From: Candidatus Eiseniibacteriota bacterium
GTDB taxonomy: Bacteria > Arandabacterota > Arandabacteria > Arandabacterales > Arandabacteraceae
Assembly: GCA_043810925.1 (NCBI GenBank)
Contig: JBDRNT010000168.1
Span: forward strand, 1-11,252
DNA: 11,252 bases
Direction: 5' to 3'
Below are positions 8,101 to 11,252 of this stretch, in pieces. The translations under genes and the position numbers were made by a program. Positions within the stretch are counted from its first letter, which is position 1; each line of letters opens with the position of its first letter. A model generated the notes under the pieces. It was not told the origin of the DNA and made no database searches. It worked only from the letters and a program-made list of their open reading frames with translations.

Positions 8101-8337
8101 CAGATGATGAATGATTAGCGCGGTCGCCGAGTCGGGTTCACTCAGAGTCTCGATCGCTGTGTCGAGAGCCTCTTGTCCGACCACGAATGCCGAGTCGTAC
8201 TCCTCGGCCTGGTAGAGTGAGTCGGCAAGGCTGAGCAAATCCCCCCAGGTCCCGGCCGAGCACTGGGCGTACGAAGCGAGAACGGTAGCAACCAGAATCG
8301 GGACAACATGCTTTCTCACCGACGACTGACGCCTCAT
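5158..8337 (-). CDS. TPR-repeat plus CHAT-domain (caspase/HetF-like cysteine peptidase) protein with a predicted signal peptide
   Basis: About 9-10 tandem 42-aa kinesin-light-chain-type TPRs (e.g. AESLFTRALEIRERLLGPDHLDVATTLAELA). CHAT motifs IAPDAGL, HLATHG (His 5665-5667), LSACES (Cys 5437-5439), GLRRAF, SALWPISD, HPYGWAAF. A purine-rich SD favours ATG 8337 over TTG 8361. Confidence 0.93.
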   Translation of the reverse strand: MRRQSSVRKHVVPILVATVLASYAQCSAGTWGDLLSLADSLYQAEEYDSAFVVGQEALDTAIETLSEPDSATALIIHHLGLYSKGVGNNSRAESLFTRALEIRERLLGPDHLDVATTLAELAGAVLDQYRYEEARQLAERALAIRETALGPNNMDVVTSLNRLALACYNLADYQTAEDLVEKALGICHELYGDDMYIEPSLGNLFFFGSVVYHEHGKYAEAERLQLYALANRERNLGSANPAVAMSLSSLGRAYREQARYAEAEEVYKRALALVEETLGPDDLRIGMFTNDLATLYWYQGRYDDAEAYYKRSLAIAEKHLPPGHIYIASSLSNLGGVYEVKGDYAKAEEYHRRALPMWRDFYGFDHPSYARNLSNLALLLQMQERYSEAESLFTEALAIYEETSGPDHHMAGWSRCNLGNLYVAMGRYAEARSYLERGLAITEKGLGENHPDVAEALESLSWLCRLTQDDERAMELSNRAFGIRFKNFSDNSYALAERDALKYSKEMRTSADKYISCYFGCDAATAQDTRCLADIVLHSKGSVSDGIFERRAALVEATDSVGLGLADALRDVQLEISQRFVAGPGDEGTEAYSHLMDSLSTAAGELESALARRSASFRRRQLAKDVDFSRIQEILPEATVLVEYLKFDSYRTLTANTVPHYLVMIIHKTGEPALLDLGEAREIDGIVTRYREHMLRVASAEHLPVEPDKDDYASIAADLYRAVVRPVEPFLSGGETAFIAPDAGLNLVSFAGLIRPDGLYLVETNTIHYLSAGRDLARLEHDWPVGSGLLALGDPDYEVSDAEHLSMIQPTERDSLLACSSGTRSARTACDDLLAMKVPPLPHSRREVERIGEAWAGATSEPVTVYCGREASEENLKAMAPDSRVIHLATHGYFLGGKCTPDAGKAPEAGSEFIGENPLLLSGLLLAGANLGGRVADSLGCEDGVVTAFEVSGMRLNHTEAVVLSACESALGEVREGEGVYGLRRAFQMAGVRVVLSALWPISDESTADMMEQLYGRGGETLPEAIRRIQLAAIEELRSQGRCDHPYGWAAFVASGSWQ

Positions 8338-8625
8338 CGGGAACTCACCCTTCCTCGACAAGAATCATATCCGCGGTGAGGTCTAAAGATCAAGCTCCTT
8401 CTATCATCCCCGTGCGCCCTACATCTCCCACATGGGGCATGGCACAAATTCGTTGATTTTCCGCTCCGTAAGGGATGTAATCGCAGTATGCGAGCATACA
8501 GAGCTTCCGCCCGGCGAAGCGGGGGATGTGCTTCATGGTCGCCTTACACTGCAAACTCGGCATACCTCGGTGTCTCACTTATATTGGCACAGTGGTACTT
8601 AGTCCAGCATCTGGTTCTAGGCAGT

Positions 8626-9252
8626 TTAGCGATATATCGACTTTATCGCTCCCCAGTTTGATGGTTCAGCAGAAACAGGGTGTGTAGTCACCACGCCGAC
8701 GCCGTCAATATCCGCTCCCAGATTTGGGCCGGATTGCTGCCCTTGCCCCGCTACGTCAGTGAGGCGGACATACCACAGCTGCGCATCCGGTCCGAATCCA
8801 TTGTCGTCAATATTGACGGCGCTATACCAGTCTCCAGTTGCGGTTCCCACTACATACCATGTCACTGCATCGGCACTTACTTCCACGACTGTGTTTTCTG
8901 AAGACGGTCCTACTTCGTATACTAGAATGTCCCCATCCGTACTCCCTCCACCCGAGAAGGCGACAGAAAACCCAAGTGTGATACTACCGCCATACCCCAG
9001 GCTAACAAATGTACAGGAGGTACAGATATCATGACCATCCCAATCAGGAACACCTAAAGCTCTGCTGGGATCTCGATAGGGGGCTTCAGGTGTTCCGTTG
9101 CGCATAACCGGAGAATAATTGACAACCTCTGCTGCCCAGTCGGTTCCACCTGCATAATTGGGGATGAAAACTCCAGTGGCCATGAGCAATACCAGCAGGA
9201 TAATAGGACTATTTCTGCGAACATTTCTTGGGTGACTATGACCGGTTTTCAT
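8626..9252 (-). CDS. Secreted/cell-surface protein with a C-terminal WGxIKxxYR motif, 208 aa
   Basis: SD AGGAGG 5 nt before the ATG; basic-then-hydrophobic signal peptide; beta-rich domain FVSLGYGGSITLGF...DILVYEVG...VEVSAD...YVRLTD...GADIDGV; ends PVSAEPSNWGAIKSIYR. Confidence 0.85.
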   Translation of the reverse strand: MKTGHSHPRNVRRNSPIILLVLLMATGVFIPNYAGGTDWAAEVVNYSPVMRNGTPEAPYRDPSRALGVPDWDGHDICTSCTFVSLGYGGSITLGFSVAFSGGGSTDGDILVYEVGPSSENTVVEVSADAVTWYVVGTATGDWYSAVNIDDNGFGPDAQLWYVRLTDVAGQGQQSGPNLGADIDGVGVVTTHPVSAEPSNWGAIKSIYR

Positions 9253-9274
9253 GATCTCCTCCTAACCTTTCTTG

Positions 9275-9505
9275 CTAGTAACCACGATGCAACCTATGTG
9301 ATCCAGTTACACCAATAGGACTCATTTCAGTGGCGATGTAATAATCTGGCTGTGACTTGATGTGCCGCCCTGAGCCACGACGCATTGATTCTCCAAGCCG
9401 ACGATCGGATATTCCCAGCAAAATGGTATTCGCATTCACTTGCTCAGGAGATAATCCGAAACGACGACCTTTGTCCTCCGGAGGACATCTGTCTGGTTTA
9501 GTCAT
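9275..9505 (-). CDS. Possible small hypothetical protein or gene remnant (76 aa, MTKPDRCPPE...)
   Basis: Strong SD GGAGGT 6 nt before ATG 9505 inside ORF 9275..9661; stops 22 nt before the next gene; no recognisable motif. Confidence 0.3.
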   Translation of the reverse strand: MTKPDRCPPEDKGRRFGLSPEQVNANTILLGISDRRLGESMRRGSGRHIKSQPDYYIATEMSPIGVTGSHRLHRGY

Positions 9506-9860
9506 CTTGCCACCTCCCTTCGTGACGCTTGATACTACTGGAATTCGCCTGACCTGCCCCACGGTAATGATACCACAGAAGTACCACCTTTCCGAACCAG
9601 AAATCTTTTCAGATCTTTGAGCCTGATACTGGTCTCTTTTCAATGGGTCGCGTCCCCACAATAGTCAACGAAAGGCAGGAACGATTTCGGAAGGGATGTA
9701 CGCGAAAAGGTGTGAGCCGGTTGATGAAACTGACAGCAGGGTTCGCGACTGAGCTCTTGGCAATCACAGTCAACCCCGCGGCGGTTGAGGCGGGCAATCG
9801 GCCTGAGTCTCCCTCTGAGCGACATCCGCCGGCGCAAGGGGACAACCGGGCTATGATACT

Positions 9861-10790
9861 TCACACTTGTGGAAACACGGTTTTCCCCTCGCGGAGTCTC
9901 TCTCTGAGCACTTCGAAAGGTGTTTTTCCTTGATGTGACGTATGAGGCCGCTGGAAGTTGTAGAAATCCTCCCATTCCTTGAGTTTCTCATTCAGATCTA
10001 CATCGCCGGTATAACTCAGTAACTGATAGAACTCGATATGGTCGCTAAGATGTGAGCGTTCCACCTTTCCGTTGAGGTTCGGTCTCCCGGGTTTGATATA
10101 CTCATGTCTGATTCCAAGGTCCTCCACATGCCAGTGGAACTTTGCCTGCCATTCATGACCATTATCCGTACGAATTGTCTGTATCCGGAACGGAAACTTG
10201 CGGACGACATACTCCACAAACTTGATTGCTGTTACCTGGTTGTGCCTGGGATAGACCTTCAATGCCCGGACCCGTGTGGCGTCGTCAATAGCCGTGTATT
10301 GGTACCGCCTGACCTTCTTCCCACTGGGCCCACGCAGGCTCAGGAACTTAACGTCCATCTGGATGTGGTGACCCGGTACCTGCTTCTCGTAGCGGTGGGT
10401 CTTCACCTCTCTGCGCCTCGTATTCCGCGGAAGCCGGCTCATCCCGTGCCGTCTCAGCACCCTGTAGGTCGTACTCTCGGATGTCGCCAGATCAGGATGA
10501 TACCGCTTCATATACCAGCAGATACGATCTGGGCCCAGGTGGTAGGTCTTCCTCAGGTATAGAATCTTCTCTTCAGCCTCCGGTGTGGTGGCCCGGATGC
10601 TGGGGTTCTCGGGGCAGGGCTTGTAGTTTATCAGTCCCTTCTCACCATCCTTCTCATAGCGATGTTTCCAGTCGTAAAAGGTCTGTCGTGAGATCCCAAA
10701 GTGGCGGCAGGCTTTAGATATGTCGCCCACCTTCCCGGCGTACCTAAAGACCCTGAGCTTACGCTTTATCTCCCTCTCTGCCTTTGACAT
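9861..10790 (-). CDS. IS481-family DDE transposase, 309 aa
   Basis: HTH (ISKACRHFGISRQTFYDW), HIQMDVK, RTDNGHE, PNLNGKVERSH, YNFQRPH..HQGKTP; SD AAGGAG; the stop codon lies inside IRR. Confidence 0.95.
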   Translation of the reverse strand: MSKAEREIKRKLRVFRYAGKVGDISKACRHFGISRQTFYDWKHRYEKDGEKGLINYKPCPENPSIRATTPEAEEKILYLRKTYHLGPDRICWYMKRYHPDLATSESTTYRVLRRHGMSRLPRNTRRREVKTHRYEKQVPGHHIQMDVKFLSLRGPSGKKVRRYQYTAIDDATRVRALKVYPRHNQVTAIKFVEYVVRKFPFRIQTIRTDNGHEWQAKFHWHVEDLGIRHEYIKPGRPNLNGKVERSHLSDHIEFYQLLSYTGDVDLNEKLKEWEDFYNFQRPHTSHQGKTPFEVLRERLREGKTVFPQV

Positions 10791-10817
10791 GTCAACAGCT
10801 CCTTCGGTTGAAATTTC

Positions 10818-10845
10818 AGTCTAACTACCTCACCCAAAGTGTCAA
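10818..10845 (-). promoter_or_regulatory. Transposase promoter overlapping IRL of IS481 copy 2
   Basis: TTGACA (10845-10840, within the IR), 16 nt, then TAGACT (10823-10818). Confidence 0.55.
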
Positions 10846-10866
10846 CCGACGTGTGAAGTTTCATAG

Positions 10867-11166
10867 TGCCTCAGATCGGGCCATAGTGTGTGGGGCTACG
10901 CTGTCAAAAGTACGAAATGTGGTAAGTGCGGCGAGAAAATACGCACGCTGTACTATGTGTTTGGCGGATATGTAAATGGTGGCAATGCCGTTTGTCCAAA
11001 AGTCTTGTTCCGGAAGGAACCATTAGAGACAGATGTACTCAATCGGATTGGACTGAGAGTAGACTGGCTCTTGCAGAATGGGGGAAGGGAGAAGATAGAA
11101 GCGCTCTTAGCTAGTTCCCATCCCAAAACCCCCGATTTTCGCCGGCGTGGGTGCGTGAGAATGTAG
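10867..11166 (+). pseudogene. Degenerate fragment of a large serine recombinase zinc-ribbon domain
   Basis: The frame open from the IS end reads CLRSGHSVWG...YYVFGGYVNGGNAVCPKVLFRKEPLETDVLNRI. This fits CxxCG..MxG...YYxC...C....LE..V with two Cys lost. Confidence 0.55.
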
Positions 11167-11252
11167 ACCGTCCACCAGCAGTGGGGGACTCCCAAATCTT
11201 ATCTTCCGATTTAGTAACCGTTGCGATGTTACGCGGCACTACAGGGTGATCT

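Larger units (their letters stand above)
9852..10865 (-). mobile_element. IS481-family insertion sequence, copy 2 (1,014 bp), intact
   Basis: Inverted repeats CTATGATACTTCACACTTGTGGAAACAC (9851-9878) and reverse complement CTATGAAACTTCACACGTCGGTTGACAC (10839-10866), 21/28 identical; single transposase ORF; no target duplication. Confidence 0.9.

Noticed and set aside
7111-8118. 335-aa + strand ORF and the other antisense ORFs over the CHAT, recombinase and transposase genes
   Set aside because: Shadow ORFs of GC-rich coding sequence with no motifs.
6900-8150. Periodic sequence suggesting a CRISPR array or a Craspase locus
   Set aside because: The roughly 126-nt periodicity is the coding TPR repeat; there is no repeat-spacer array or cas gene.
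8390-8578. 62-aa ORF or riboswitch-like hairpin between the CHAT and secreted-protein genes
   Set aside because: No convincing SD or protein motif, and the hairpin near 8510-8523 does not fit a riboswitch consensus I can verify.
9260-9330. Integron attC site (GTTAGGA just before the 8626..9252 gene; another GTTAGGA at 83-89)
   Set aside because: No complementary R'' box or L boxes are visible, and there is no integron integrase in the window.

Overview
A stack of mobile DNA. An IS481-family element (about 744-5151, + strand) has its transposase split at the PQL/xGKVE motif by a 3,399-bp nested element (1532-4934, - strand) bounded by AAGG direct repeats. The nested element has no DDE transposase. 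It encodes a large serine recombinase with a 1-bp frameshift near 3425, a small ORF, an HTH protein and a DUF5372/Y4bD-like protein. The main finding is that joining its two ends in silico gives a symmetric attP-like site and also supplies an SD and an in-frame ATG to the otherwise headless DUF5372 gene, so that gene appears to be assembled only in the excised circle. Downstream lie a signal-peptide TPR-CHAT (caspase-like) protease, a secreted protein with a C-terminal WGxIKxxYR motif and a second, intact IS481 in inverted orientation (9852-10865). The window is flanked by an HTH_36-like winged-helix gene on the left and a decayed serine-recombinase zinc-ribbon fragment on the right. Family names come from motif recognition by eye; no database search was run.
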